The notes under the pieces are model-generated. The model worked only from the letters and a program-made list of their open reading frames with translations. It was not told the origin of the DNA and made no database searches. Both the position numbers and the translations under genes were made by a program. A stretch of 52,276 nucleotides of DNA from positions 1 to 52,276 of the IMG/VR virus record IMGVR_UViG_3300017909_000880; one strand, written 5' to 3'. This DNA comes from a virus (taxonomy: Duplodnaviria; Caudoviricetes). Each line of letters opens with the position of its first letter. Positions within the stretch are counted from its first letter, which is position 1. Below are positions 7,580 through 18,821 of the stretch, in pieces.

Positions 7580-9619
7580 ATGGCTAACGAAACTGCATTT
7601 AGTTATCAGGCTCCCGATGAACTTGTCTATAATTTATTAACAGGACGAGGGGGCCGATTAGGATTATTACCGAGTGTTGAAGCGTATTATCGTAGCCAAC
7701 TCGAACAGTTAGGTGGCGCGGATACTTCCCCGTTTACTTATACAGGTGAACGGATTGCAGGGTTTTCTCCTAGAGAAGAACTCGCTATGCAACTTGCGGA
7801 TCAAGGAATTGGTTCGTTCGCTCCTTACTTAGCGCGTAGTGCTGGATTGACAGAGGAAGCCTTAGCTACATTAGCTGGGGGAACTTCAGAAGCGAAATCT
7901 CAACTTCTTCGTGCATTACAACAAGGCGAAGATTATACAAAACTAGGTATTGGTCAAGGAACTGAGTTTCTTGGAGCTGGGGTTGATAAAGCTAGTGAAG
8001 CTGAACAAGGACTTATTAATGCTTTAGCTGGGGTTCGTGGTCGTGGTGAAACAGGATATCAATCAGGACTTGCAGATATATTAACAGGTATTGAACAAGG
8101 TCGTACTGGTTTAGATGAAGCTTCACCGTTTTTTACTCAAGCTCGCGCTCAAGGTTTAGATGCAGCGACTGAAGCAGAACGTTTAGCTAGAGAGGGCCAA
8201 ACTAGGACTGATCCGTTTTTAGATGAGGCTTTAGCAGGAGTGCGCACTGGTAGAACTGCTGAATTAGCAGGAGCCACAGCTGCAGAGGCAGCTGCTCGTA
8301 GAGCTACTGATATTCAACAACCTTTTTTACAAGAAGCGTTAGAACGTACTAGAGCTAGTACAGCAGGATTTGATACAGCTGATATAGATCGTTTTCAAAA
8401 CCCGTTTGAAGAAGCAGTTGTTCAACAAACAATTAAAGATTTAGAAAAAGCCGCCGCTCAAAGAGATATAGCTAGTGATGCGGCTGAAGTTTCGTCAGGC
8501 GCTTTTGGAGGATCTCGTTCTCGTTTAGGTGCTCAAGAAAGACAAATAGCTGAAACTCGTGGATTAGCTGAAGCATTAGCAGGGATTCGTGCTGGTGGAT
8601 TTACTTCTGCCCGAGACGCTGCACTAGGTGAATTTGCTAGACAAAAAGCAGCAGAAGCTGGGGCTGCATCTCAAACCGCAGGATTAGGTGCTCAAGCAGG
8701 ATCTGCGCAAGCTGGTTTAGCTCAAACTTTAGCTGGGTTAGGTGCTCAACGAGGGGCTGCTCAACGAGGGGCTGCCAGCGAAATAGCAGCATTAGGTACT
8801 CAAAAAGGTTCTGGGTTAGAAAGATTAGCTTCTACTATTGCTAATTTAGGTGCTCAACGAGCAGGGTTTGAAACAGGTGCGGGAACTGCGTTATCTAATC
8901 TTGCGCAACAACGATTTAATATCGGCACTGGTGCTGGGGCACAACAAGCAGCATTAGCTGGTCAATCTGCAGCTCAACAATTAGCAGCAGCCCAAGCTGG
9001 ACAAGCAGCTAAACAAGCTACTGCGGCCACGCTAGGTCAAGCTGGTCAACAAATTTACGGTATGGGCACTGGTGCTGGTCAACAATTATTTGGTATGGGT
9101 ACTGGTGCTGGTCAACAACTAAGTGGATTAGCAGGTCAATTAGCAGCTGGTCAACAACAAGGTGCTCAAGCGATGTCACAACAAGCTCAGTTGAGACCAC
9201 AGTTACAAGCAGGAGACGTAAGTTCTCTAATGCAAACAGGTGCGATGAACCGTGCCAGAAACCAAGCTCTACTAGATTTAAATTATCAAAACTTTGTAGG
9301 TCAATATAATTTGCCAAACCAACTTATGTCTGGTTTCGCAAACTTCTTAACTGGGGCTGGGCCGTTAGCAGGTGGTACGGGTTATTCTGGTACTGCTCAA
9401 CAGACACCGTTTAGTGGTGCTCCTACTTACTCAACTTATGCTGGTTACGGTATGAAAGAAGGTGGTCGCCCTATTCCTGAAGATAATAAAGGTCTTGTAG
9501 CTTTAGCTAAGAAAGCCCCCGAAGTCGTGCGTAAAATGGGTTTTACTCCTGCTAAGAAAAATATGGGGGGAGGAATCTCGTCTCGTTTTCCAAGGGCTTC
9601 TCGTAAGTTAGGAGCGTAA
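7580..9619 (+). CDS. Internal virion / DNA ejection (pilot) protein
   Basis: 679 aa A/G/Q-rich helical protein, FQNPFEEAVVQQ and GAFGGSR motifs, GQQxxGMGTGA repeats. Confidence 0.65.
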   Translation: MANETAFSYQAPDELVYNLLTGRGGRLGLLPSVEAYYRSQLEQLGGADTSPFTYTGERIAGFSPREELAMQLADQGIGSFAPYLARSAGLTEEALATLAGGTSEAKSQLLRALQQGEDYTKLGIGQGTEFLGAGVDKASEAEQGLINALAGVRGRGETGYQSGLADILTGIEQGRTGLDEASPFFTQARAQGLDAATEAERLAREGQTRTDPFLDEALAGVRTGRTAELAGATAAEAAARRATDIQQPFLQEALERTRASTAGFDTADIDRFQNPFEEAVVQQTIKDLEKAAAQRDIASDAAEVSSGAFGGSRSRLGAQERQIAETRGLAEALAGIRAGGFTSARDAALGEFARQKAAEAGAASQTAGLGAQAGSAQAGLAQTLAGLGAQRGAAQRGAASEIAALGTQKGSGLERLASTIANLGAQRAGFETGAGTALSNLAQQRFNIGTGAGAQQAALAGQSAAQQLAAAQAGQAAKQATAATLGQAGQQIYGMGTGAGQQLFGMGTGAGQQLSGLAGQLAAGQQQGAQAMSQQAQLRPQLQAGDVSSLMQTGAMNRARNQALLDLNYQNFVGQYNLPNQLMSGFANFLTGAGPLAGGTGYSGTAQQTPFSGAPTYSTYAGYGMKEGGRPIPEDNKGLVALAKKAPEVVRKMGFTPAKKNMGGGISSRFPRASRKLGA

Positions 9620-9620
9620 C

Positions 9621-11783
9621 ATGGCTAAAAACTTCGGATTTAATATCGGTGGTGGAGGAATCGCGGATCTAGTTGCTGCGCCTAAAGTTAATCCTATTCG
9701 CTCAGGACAATTTGCGCCTACGCCACAGCTTCGTAGAGATACTAAAGAACCGAAAAAACAAATAACAGGTGCGTTATTAGGAGCTGCTTCTCCGTTTCTT
9801 GCTGAAGCGGGTATCGCTGGTCTAGCAAAAATACCAGGATTAGAAAATCTTTTATTTACGCCTGAAGCTAAAATTAAAGACGAATTAGGTTTATCTCCAG
9901 ACTTTAGGTCAGGCACGGCACTTGGGCCAAGTCCCTATGAAGCAGAAAGACGAAAGCGTAGTGCACAGGTTGATGCCTCATTACCTTCGTTAAAAACTCC
10001 TCAACAAAAAACATTACTGGGAAAAGGTTTAACTGAGTTATTGTCTTTCGCTCCTGCCTTAGCATTAGGGGATGATGACGACGGTTCAGTAGCTGCGTTT
10101 ATTTCTGCAGCACAAGCGGGTAAAAAATTAGAGGGCGCTTTAGATGAGCAACGTCTAAAAGCCTATTTAGCACGGGAAACGAAACGTGGTGAATTAAAAG
10201 CTGACGTAGGCGATTTTGATACTAAAATCTCTTATAGCGCAGTATTACAAGACGATGGTAGTTTCGCTCCTGTAAAACGACAAGTATTAATCTCCCCAGA
10301 TAAAACCACTCGTTATGTAATGAGTCAGGGCGATGCCGCTGTTGATTTCGTTTATGGCGAGGACGGAAACGAAGTTCCTGTTCCTAGAGGTCAATACTTC
10401 GTTCGTGAAGAACTTACTTTAGACGATAATGATCCTGGAAAACCTAAAGACGTAAAACTGTACGATACGAAGAGCGGTCAAATTGCTTATGGAACTATCG
10501 AATATATGCAAACCCCGCAGGGGCGTACTACCCGTATCTCACTTCAAGATCCTCGTAATCGTAGGGGCACTAATGAATTCACTACAACAGCTTCATTAAA
10601 AGAAGAATTCGGAGATAACTGGGTTCCTTATGATCAAGAATTAGCTGATTTAGACGCCCGTGAAAAAGGCGATCCGCAAGTATTTAAAACATTTAATGGC
10701 CGTGCAGATCGTGAGGTAGCTACTTTTGAAGTAGCAGGAATAGCTTCTCAAATTATTCCGATTGCGATGGAAGCAGAAAAAAGACCTGAGCTTCTAACTG
10801 ATGTAGGTCGTGTTCCTGGATTCTTGGATAAATTACGAAAAGAAATTAACTCTGCATACAACCTTATAAATACCTCATCAGGGAAATCAGTTAGTCAAAT
10901 TATCTACGATCAAGGACAAGAAACAGGTTCTTCGGTTAGTATGAGTAAATTATTACTTGCCTCTAATAATTACAGCCAAGTTATGAATACTCCTGGGGCG
11001 ACTGATGCAGAAAAAGAAGCCGCTCAACAAGAATTAATTTCTGCTTTAAAAGTAGTACAGGCCCGAGCAAAAGAACAAGGATTCTCTAATTCTTTAACGG
11101 AGATGGATTTGGAAAGCGATGCTTTTCAAGATCTAATCGTGAAACGTGGGTTACTTTCAGCAGGACAGTTACGTTTAGCGTATGCTGCAGCTGCTGCTGA
11201 TGGACAAACAGGTACTTCCCTTTCAGATAAAGACGTTATCAACTTCTTAGAGCAATTAGGCTTTGGTGATACTAATGCTAAATTAGTTGGTAAAAAGATG
11301 ACTAATTTTGTTGTAGGACGTTTACAAAATTTTGATTCTAGGGAATTTAGAGATTTAGCAAATAACGCTAGGACACATACCCCAGCGGATGTTCAACGAA
11401 CTAATGACTATTTAGTAGGCACTCTAGGGGTTAGTCGAGGAGATTTAGTTACAATCGCTGATCCTAACAAAACTCAAGAAGAAAAAGATAAAGCTGCTTC
11501 TAATGTTATTCAAAGAATTGCTGAGACCTCTAGGGGAACAGCGTTTTCTGATTTTGTATACGATAAAGAAAACGGTCGCATCCGCTATAAACCTGTATTA
11601 GAAAGGTTGCAGGGACGCGAGCGCATTTACAACGAATACATGAATAAGATCTTCCCTCATTACGGTATAACTGAAGATGAGGTAAATCTGGTTGGTGAAA
11701 GAGAAACAGATCCTCTTCAAACAGGTCGCGGCTCACAAACTCCTGCTGGAAAATTACAGATCCGCATCAGGCCACCAAAATGA
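9621..11783 (+). CDS. Putative internal virion protein
   Basis: 720 aa in the ejection-protein block, no Cys, coupled to neighbours. Confidence 0.55.
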   Translation: MAKNFGFNIGGGGIADLVAAPKVNPIRSGQFAPTPQLRRDTKEPKKQITGALLGAASPFLAEAGIAGLAKIPGLENLLFTPEAKIKDELGLSPDFRSGTALGPSPYEAERRKRSAQVDASLPSLKTPQQKTLLGKGLTELLSFAPALALGDDDDGSVAAFISAAQAGKKLEGALDEQRLKAYLARETKRGELKADVGDFDTKISYSAVLQDDGSFAPVKRQVLISPDKTTRYVMSQGDAAVDFVYGEDGNEVPVPRGQYFVREELTLDDNDPGKPKDVKLYDTKSGQIAYGTIEYMQTPQGRTTRISLQDPRNRRGTNEFTTTASLKEEFGDNWVPYDQELADLDAREKGDPQVFKTFNGRADREVATFEVAGIASQIIPIAMEAEKRPELLTDVGRVPGFLDKLRKEINSAYNLINTSSGKSVSQIIYDQGQETGSSVSMSKLLLASNNYSQVMNTPGATDAEKEAAQQELISALKVVQARAKEQGFSNSLTEMDLESDAFQDLIVKRGLLSAGQLRLAYAAAAADGQTGTSLSDKDVINFLEQLGFGDTNAKLVGKKMTNFVVGRLQNFDSREFRDLANNARTHTPADVQRTNDYLVGTLGVSRGDLVTIADPNKTQEEKDKAASNVIQRIAETSRGTAFSDFVYDKENGRIRYKPVLERLQGRERIYNEYMNKIFPHYGITEDEVNLVGERETDPLQTGRGSQTPAGKLQIRIRPPK

Positions 11784-14700
11784 GTACAGCTCCTAACATT
11801 CAAGTTTTAGATAATTTTCTACAAACACCCGAGTTTGAGGCATTTAAACAACTTACATCGCTTCAAACAGTTGGTGATTTTACTCTAGGAGAGATTTTTG
11901 CGAACGACCCTGTTCGTCTTAACGCTTTTTTAGAAGCAGAATATCTACAACAAAAGGCTGAAGAAGGGAACGAAACAGCTGCTGGATTAGTCGACGCTCA
12001 AGATACTGATATTACTAACGCAACATATCGTTATTTACAGAGATATCAAAAACTAGATCCTGTAGAACAAACTGCTCTACAACTAGATACGCAACCACGA
12101 CAAGTAGCGATTGGTAGAGAACAAGGTTTACCAATAGATATTATGTCTACTTTTGGTCAAGAGTCTGATTACAGCACTCTTACCGAAAGTATGACAGACG
12201 AAGAAGAACGACAGCGTTTAGTTTCGTTAGGCATAGACCCTGATGTTATTTACGAAGGGGATAAAAACTTTTATCAAAAATTTATGCAGGGTTCAGATCC
12301 TGTAGATGAAAACTCTCCTTGGCGAGTAAAATCTTTTTTCTTCCCAATAAATATCACTCCGTTTGAGGCTGAAAAATTATTAGAAAAAGAATCGCCTAAC
12401 GCTGAGTTTAGATATATAGATCCACGCGACCCTAGTATGGGACTTGCGATCCGCGATGAAACTACCAACGGTAGATTTGTTCCTTTACGTCCTCAATTTG
12501 GTTACGAAATGGGGATGGAAGAACTTATTACAGGGGTAGGACAAGAAACAGCAGCTATTCTTACTGAAGTTGTTGGTCTAAAAGGCCTTAGTAAGCTGAT
12601 TGGTGAGGCGGGAGAGCAAACTACTCGTAGAGGGAAAGTTGGACGAGGGGCAGCAACCGTAGGGCTGGCAGGGTTAAGTGCAGGGATGGGGCGTTTTGCT
12701 CAATTAGCATATGGGAACGCAAAAGGCATTAACGATGTTTCTGTTGAACGTGCTTTTGATGATGCAAAACTAGCAGCTCTTTTGGGAGGTGCTGGGGCAG
12801 CGGTTATTGGTGGCACTTTAGCTACTTTAGGAGCTGTTTGGCGAGGGATTACAGGAAAAAACATCCCGAATGATGTGTTAGATAGGTTACGCGCTAAGAT
12901 TGATAAAGTTAAAGCTAAAGGAACAGGGGAAGAATTTACCTCTGAAGAATTAACAGAGAGAACCCGAGAAGCAGCTCTTGCCGTAGCAGATAATGTTGCC
13001 GAATATCGCCCCACTGCTGGGGAGCTAACTCAAGATGATTTCTTAAAAACTCTTGAATTAGAATTGTTTGCCCAGCTGTCCCCCACATCTAAAGGTCGCC
13101 GAGCATACGAAGACATTGTTAATAATAATGCGAACGCTGCTTTTAATTTTTGGACAGAACTCACAGAAAACGCTCCAGAGTTAAAGGGCATCTCTTACAC
13201 TGATTTTAGAGAGTTTTTAGCCGCCCAGCAAAAACAATATGCTGAACAAGCAGCTGAAGCTGCAAGAATAAAAATCCGTGATATAGAGGAAGGAGCGACT
13301 ATAGATCAGGTTCTACCTGAACAACCTCCTGAACAAATGCTTACGGTTGATGAACTTGGGTCTACTTTTACAAGAGATCAAGAATCAGGAAGTTTAGTCT
13401 TTAAACGTAATACTCCTGAGTTTTTAGCTCAATCTGATGAGGCATATAACGCTGCTAAAGATTCAGTGGCTAGGGAAATTGATGCGTTATCCGGTCTTAA
13501 ATACGACCGTAAAACTGATTCAGCAACAAAAATTATCCCAGCTTTTCGAGCAGCATTTAACGCTGGAGAAGATAAAGACGCGATCATGCGAACCCTAGGA
13601 GAAGTTGAAGCGTCTGATGTAATTAAAAGTATGATCCCGATGCGAGATGGGGTTAGTGTGCTCAAGCAGCTTTTAGGTGTAACTGTAGACGATCAAGGGA
13701 AGTTTTTAAAACAAGCTGATTTAAGTTTTGGGCAACTAGCAGGAATGCAGAATGCTCTAAACACTTTGTTTATGGAAAGTTCTGACCGTGGTGTTAGACA
13801 AGTTGCCATGGATTTACGGGATGCTGTAGAAGCTCAAATAGATGATCTAATTACGTTTACAGCTCGTAAACAACTAGCTGCAGAAGGAGTAGAAGCTCCT
13901 ACTGCTAAAGTGTTAGGCGAAAAAGTTGAAGAAATAGCTGGGCCACTAATTAAAGCGCAAGAGAATTTAGTTTCTGCTAATAAAGCTATTGAACGTAGGT
14001 TTATTCGAGAGTTGGTAGATAAAGAACCCTCAGAGATAGCTGGGTTCGTTTTATCGTCTAGTCCTAAACAGATTACCCAGTTACTCGATCAAATTTACCA
14101 ACTCCCTGATTCTATTGTTCGTATGCAAAACCTTCGACAACTTGTTGTAGAAAACATGCGAAAGAGTCTAGGAAATTTACCGTTAGCTGAACAGAATAAA
14201 GCCTACGCAAAATTTATAGAGAAAAACGAAGATCAACTTCAAGCTCTGTTTCCTGAAGCTCAATTCTTAAAACTTAAAAATTTTCAAGAAGTCCAAGATC
14301 AAGCAGAAAGAGAAATAGCTGAAACTGCTGAAACTTTAGCTGAGTTAGAAAAGAAATTAGGTAAATCTCCTGCGGATTTTATCAAAGACTTTTTATTGCA
14401 AGGTCGTAGTGCCCGATTAACAGGGGCTGCTGAAATGTCTCGTCGAGAGTTTGGGGAAGTGATTCGACAAAATCCTGAATTACAGCCTTATGTGACAGCA
14501 ATAACTAGAGATTTTTTCCAAAGAAACTTTGAAACAACTCGTACCTCTGGGGATACAATGTTCTCAGGAGGGTTGGACGTAAACCGTTTTATTGATTTTG
14601 TACAAAGCGGAGTAAGAGGTGGACAAGAAGGCACTTCTGAGTTAGGCCAGATATTTGCCCCGTTGCTCGGTAAAGAACAAGGTCAAAAATACGCGAAAGA

Positions 14701-15142
14701 TTTACGCATGATGGCCCAGATTTTAGATAGAGGGGTTAAACGTGGAGCAAGAAGCCCAATGTCACAAGGGGCAGCTGGTAATCAAACGATTGATGACCAT
14801 TTAGAAGAAACTGCTATAGCTCAAAGGATTCTGATACCTCCTCTAACTCAAACAGGTAGAAGAATCACAGCTTTCGTATCTGGTTATAGAGACAAAGCTA
14901 AAAGTGATTTGTTAGCAGTTCTAGCTGATCCGCAAAAACTAGGGGTTTTATTGAGAGATAGACAAAAACAGTTATCTCGCCGTGAGTTTTATAAATTTTT
15001 AGGAGCATTGGCAATCTCCCGAGAAGTAGATATTGGATCAGAAACGGGTGAAGATAGATTCGATAGAGCTATAAAAGATGTTCAAGGAAATGTAGAAGGC
15101 GTTTCCGATCTGTTTTCAAGGATGTTTGACGATGAAGATTAA
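11780..15142 (+). CDS. Large internal virion protein
   Basis: 1120 aa helical protein with G/A-rich hydrophobic segments; position typical of the largest ejection protein. Confidence 0.6.
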   Translation: MSTAPNIQVLDNFLQTPEFEAFKQLTSLQTVGDFTLGEIFANDPVRLNAFLEAEYLQQKAEEGNETAAGLVDAQDTDITNATYRYLQRYQKLDPVEQTALQLDTQPRQVAIGREQGLPIDIMSTFGQESDYSTLTESMTDEEERQRLVSLGIDPDVIYEGDKNFYQKFMQGSDPVDENSPWRVKSFFFPINITPFEAEKLLEKESPNAEFRYIDPRDPSMGLAIRDETTNGRFVPLRPQFGYEMGMEELITGVGQETAAILTEVVGLKGLSKLIGEAGEQTTRRGKVGRGAATVGLAGLSAGMGRFAQLAYGNAKGINDVSVERAFDDAKLAALLGGAGAAVIGGTLATLGAVWRGITGKNIPNDVLDRLRAKIDKVKAKGTGEEFTSEELTERTREAALAVADNVAEYRPTAGELTQDDFLKTLELELFAQLSPTSKGRRAYEDIVNNNANAAFNFWTELTENAPELKGISYTDFREFLAAQQKQYAEQAAEAARIKIRDIEEGATIDQVLPEQPPEQMLTVDELGSTFTRDQESGSLVFKRNTPEFLAQSDEAYNAAKDSVAREIDALSGLKYDRKTDSATKIIPAFRAAFNAGEDKDAIMRTLGEVEASDVIKSMIPMRDGVSVLKQLLGVTVDDQGKFLKQADLSFGQLAGMQNALNTLFMESSDRGVRQVAMDLRDAVEAQIDDLITFTARKQLAAEGVEAPTAKVLGEKVEEIAGPLIKAQENLVSANKAIERRFIRELVDKEPSEIAGFVLSSSPKQITQLLDQIYQLPDSIVRMQNLRQLVVENMRKSLGNLPLAEQNKAYAKFIEKNEDQLQALFPEAQFLKLKNFQEVQDQAEREIAETAETLAELEKKLGKSPADFIKDFLLQGRSARLTGAAEMSRREFGEVIRQNPELQPYVTAITRDFFQRNFETTRTSGDTMFSGGLDVNRFIDFVQSGVRGGQEGTSELGQIFAPLLGKEQGQKYAKDLRMMAQILDRGVKRGARSPMSQGAAGNQTIDDHLEETAIAQRILIPPLTQTGRRITAFVSGYRDKAKSDLLAVLADPQKLGVLLRDRQKQLSRREFYKFLGALAISREVDIGSETGEDRFDRAIKDVQGNVEGVSDLFSRMFDDED

Positions 15143-16760
15143 AGTATTCGAGCCACCGTTACCTGACTTCGACCAGATGTCTTACGGCGGCGAAGTCGAA
15201 CCTCGTAAAATGCAAAGAGGTGGGGAACCTGTTATTAGTTTTGCCCCAGATCTAACTAGATTTACAGCTCCTGATATACAAGCTCAAGTACGACAATCAG
15301 TTCAAGAGGCTTTAGCTAATCAAAACTTACCAGACTTTTCTCAGAATATCGCGGATATCGAACAAAGGTTAGCAAATATCCCCTCTGGGCTTACTGAACA
15401 AGACGTAGCCAGTCAAATATCACAAGCATTGACTAGCGCAGATACAGTTACTTCAAGAGATCTTGCAGAAGCTCTTTCTAACATCCCTACTGGTAACGCT
15501 ACTAGAGAAGAGTTACGAGAGTTAGCTGAAGAAATTTTCCGTGAACAACAAATGGCTGGTGGAGAAGGTGGAAGACGAGACCCCTCTCCTGTTACAGATA
15601 GAGAACTTAGAGCACAAGAAATAGAAAGTATCCTTGATCGTTTACTAGAAAACAGAAGAATCGAAACTGGTGTTGCTCCCCCTGTTACAGGAGTAGATCA
15701 AGAAACAGTTGTACAAACTATCCAAGATATGCTCGCTGAAGGAACTCTGACTGCTGAAGAAATACAGCGAAGGATTGATGCAGGAGATATAACTAGAGAA
15801 GATGTACTCGCGATTATTCAAGGTGGTTTTGAATTAAGTGAGGGACAACTTGCCCAGTTATTTGAGGCAGGAGTTTTAACTAGAGAAGAAATTGCAGCTT
15901 TAGTTGAAGAAGCTATCGCTGACATTGAAACTGGTGAGGGAGGCGTTACTGAAGATGATGTCGAACGAATAGCTCAAGCTTCAGGTCTCTCAGAAGAACG
16001 AGTACAACAATTAATTTCTGAACAACTTGAAGGTTTCGATCCTAACATAGATACGAGTCAATTTGCTACTCAAGAACAACTTCAAGGTTTAGCTACTCAA
16101 GAACAATTAGGTGATTTTGCTACTCGACAAGATTTAGCAGGATTAGAAAGTTTATTTCAAAATTACTTAACTCCTGAACAGCTTCAAAGTTATTTGCCTC
16201 AAGAAGGACAATACGTCACTCCTGAACAATTAGCAGCAGCTACTGATAACGATTACGATGAAGTTATTAAAGGATTGACTGATCAGCTAGGTGAATTAGA
16301 AAGTAAATATCAAGATGTTCAATCCCAATACGAAGCTGATGCTGTTAATGCTCAGATACAACAAACTAAAGAGGATTTAGATACTTTCTTTAGAGGGGCA
16401 GTTCCAAGCGGCCCAAGAACAGGGTCTACTTCACAGTTTAGTTCAGGGGCTTCTTTCCTCCCTGGAGGTAGTCCAATGGCTAATCTTATTGCAAGACAAC
16501 GACAAGGTCTTGGACAAGATCCGTTTAGTACCTATCTAAGAACATTTACCCCTAGTTACAGTGTGTATGATGCCCCTGTTACCCCAGAAGAATATGGTCA
16601 AGCAAGTACCCCGTTAATAGGTACTCAATACAATAACCCGTTTACTGGGGGTTTTAATCAGGGTGGTCAAGTTTCTAACGGTATCATGGATCTAACTAAT
16701 TTTGATACTAATGTCCAACCTTTCCAAAACGCTTTTAGACCAAATGTACCAAGGAATTAA
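15132..16760 (+). CDS. Acidic repeat-containing putative virion protein
   Basis: E/Q/D-rich; LT.EE and ATQEQL repeats; xxxGG motifs near both ends. Confidence 0.55.
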   Translation: MKIKVFEPPLPDFDQMSYGGEVEPRKMQRGGEPVISFAPDLTRFTAPDIQAQVRQSVQEALANQNLPDFSQNIADIEQRLANIPSGLTEQDVASQISQALTSADTVTSRDLAEALSNIPTGNATREELRELAEEIFREQQMAGGEGGRRDPSPVTDRELRAQEIESILDRLLENRRIETGVAPPVTGVDQETVVQTIQDMLAEGTLTAEEIQRRIDAGDITREDVLAIIQGGFELSEGQLAQLFEAGVLTREEIAALVEEAIADIETGEGGVTEDDVERIAQASGLSEERVQQLISEQLEGFDPNIDTSQFATQEQLQGLATQEQLGDFATRQDLAGLESLFQNYLTPEQLQSYLPQEGQYVTPEQLAAATDNDYDEVIKGLTDQLGELESKYQDVQSQYEADAVNAQIQQTKEDLDTFFRGAVPSGPRTGSTSQFSSGASFLPGGSPMANLIARQRQGLGQDPFSTYLRTFTPSYSVYDAPVTPEEYGQASTPLIGTQYNNPFTGGFNQGGQVSNGIMDLTNFDTNVQPFQNAFRPNVPRN

Positions 16761-16762
16761 TT

Positions 16763-17083
16763 ATGGCTGTATCACTTAACGAAATGCCTAGCCGTTTAGA
16801 CCAGATGAGAGACGAAGCTACCGATCCGATGATGGGTGGGCCGATGCCTCCCGCACCGATGCCCCCTGCTGAAGAACCTCCTGCTGCTGATCGTATGGGA
16901 GAACTTTTAGCTGCGTTAGGTGGTGAAGACGAGATGATGCCCCCCGAACCTGCAATGGACGAAAGTCCTATGGTTGTTGGAAGTGCGTTAGCTCAAGCTG
17001 CTGTAGAAAATACAGGTTCTGTCGCAGAAGCTAGGGCGTCTCTTGAAGCTGCTTTAGCTGAACTGGATGCGATGTCAGCCTAA
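16763..17083 (+). CDS. Acidic Pro/Met-rich hypothetical protein
   Basis: RBS AAGGA; last gene of the late block, converges on the SNF2 gene. Confidence 0.55.
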   Translation: MAVSLNEMPSRLDQMRDEATDPMMGGPMPPAPMPPAEEPPAADRMGELLAALGGEDEMMPPEPAMDESPMVVGSALAQAAVENTGSVAEARASLEAALAELDAMSA

Positions 17084-18523
17084 CCAGTTTTTCCACTTTT
17101 CATCGCCTAAAACTTCTTGGGCGAGGTCAAGTTTATTACGCAGAGCGGTTACAATCTTTTCGTCTATCGTATCTTTAGCAACGAGATCAACATAAGTTAC
17201 TTTGTTAGTTTGTCCGATACGGTGGGCGCGATCTTCTGATTGCAACCGTTTTTCTAAATCGAAACTGTTTGAATAGTAGATTACGTTTTGCGCTTCAGTA
17301 AGCGTAATACCGTAACCTCCCGTCTGGGTATTACCTACGAAAAACCGTAACGGTGATTCAGGATCTTGAAACTGTTTAATCGCACGTTCTCGTTCGTCTG
17401 TGTCAGTATCTCCAAAGTAACTCGCTACTGAATCAGCTCCGAACAACCCCTGTAACGTTTCTACAATCTCTAGGATGTTTTGTCTATAGTTCGCCCAAAT
17501 AATAACTTTGCCTTGCATTTCGCCAATAACTTCTAATAGCTCGTCGATTCTATTACTCTCTATAGGGGTTTCTGTTCCGTCATCGCTTTTTACATGACCG
17601 CATACGATCTGATGTAATCTCAATAGCTGAGTGAGTATATTCGTAACACTTATTGTCTCTTTGTTCTCAAGCTCAGTAATCGCTAATTCTTTTAATTCAG
17701 AATACAGTTTTTTCTGTTCCGCTGTAAGCGTAACGTCTCTCCGGATATACAGTTTATCGGGGAGGTCTAAGCAGTCCTTTTTTAATACTCTATAAGAGAA
17801 CGTATCTAGCTTTCTAGTAAGCTCCTCTAGGTTCCGATACCCTACTACCTGTCTGACGGTTCGGCCCCCGAAATAGCGATTTACGACCTCTCCGAAGTGG
17901 TTTTGGAAAGAGTAGAACGATGTGTACCCTAGCATCGCTGACCCTAAAACTTCTGTTTGACTGTATAAATCAAGAGGAGATTTAGTAATTGGCGATCCCG
18001 TCAACAATCTTTTGAACTTAGTATTCTTAGCTAGTTTGACAATAGCTTTTGTTCGTGCTGCTTTCGGGTTTTTTATCGTCGTAGATTCATCAACCGCGAG
18101 CAGTGTCTGGTGTCCTAAGATAAAGTTCTCCGTAAACTTGACACCTTTCTTAGTGCTTAGAGCTTCGACGTTTATAACGAAGATCTTGAGCTTGTCTACG
18201 TTGACATCAAACAGTTTCATCAACGCAGCTTTTTCATCTTTCCGTGGGGCAGGAGACCATACCGCTACATGACGGTCAATATACTCCGGCATATGGTCAG
18301 GTATCTCTTTAGTAGACCAGTTTTTGAAAACACCTTTCGGTGCGATTATAACAGCGGAGTCGATAGCTCCTTTGCCATACAAAATACCGATGGTGTCTAT
18401 CAGCACTTTAGATTTACCTGTACCCATCTCCATGAAAAGCCCGTAAGACTTTTTGTTCCATGAACGGGTAAGCGCCGTTTTCTGATGCGCAAACGGTTGC
18501 GTCTTAAATTCGTACTTCAACAA
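17075..18523 (-). CDS. SNF2-family (SF2) helicase/ATPase
   Basis: MEMGTGKS (motif I), VDES (II), LTGSP (III), GITL and QSEDRAHRIGQ (V/VI); RBS AGAAAGGA before TTG. Confidence 0.92.
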   Translation of the reverse strand: MLKYEFKTQPFAHQKTALTRSWNKKSYGLFMEMGTGKSKVLIDTIGILYGKGAIDSAVIIAPKGVFKNWSTKEIPDHMPEYIDRHVAVWSPAPRKDEKAALMKLFDVNVDKLKIFVINVEALSTKKGVKFTENFILGHQTLLAVDESTTIKNPKAARTKAIVKLAKNTKFKRLLTGSPITKSPLDLYSQTEVLGSAMLGYTSFYSFQNHFGEVVNRYFGGRTVRQVVGYRNLEELTRKLDTFSYRVLKKDCLDLPDKLYIRRDVTLTAEQKKLYSELKELAITELENKETISVTNILTQLLRLHQIVCGHVKSDDGTETPIESNRIDELLEVIGEMQGKVIIWANYRQNILEIVETLQGLFGADSVASYFGDTDTDERERAIKQFQDPESPLRFFVGNTQTGGYGITLTEAQNVIYYSNSFDLEKRLQSEDRAHRIGQTNKVTYVDLVAKDTIDEKIVTALRNKLDLAQEVLGDEKWKNWLG

Positions 18524-18560
18524 TGTTCCTTTCTAAGTTCTATATAGAAGTTTAAGAATA

Positions 18561-18750
18561 TATAAAAAGAAAAGAAATGATTTCTTTGCGCTACGAGGCC
18601 TCTTTAATACTTCTAATAGATTCTATTGTTTTCAACACTTATAGATTCTCCTTACGCATCAGATACTTAGATACTGATTTATTAGATCTATTACTCTATT
18701 AGACGATTCTGTAAATTTTTTTAAAAAATTTTTATTTCTAAATAGACTAA
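18561..18750. repeat. AT-rich element with TAATAG/CTATTA iteron-like repeats; inverted homologue of 35915-36130
   Basis: 18605-18627 matches the reverse complement of 36050-36072 at 22/23; 18735-18747 matches that of 35919-35931 at 13/13. Confidence 0.7.
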
Positions 18751-18765
18751 TACAAGTAATACGGC

Positions 18766-18795
18766 TTTACTTCCGAAAAGCCTAGGAGTTAAGGT
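18766..18795 (+). promoter_or_regulatory. Sigma70-like phage promoter, copy 1
   Basis: TTTACT-N18-TAAGGT ahead of the replication block. Confidence 0.65.
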
Positions 18796-18821
18796 AGCTC
18801 CCTATAAAGGAGAAATTAGAA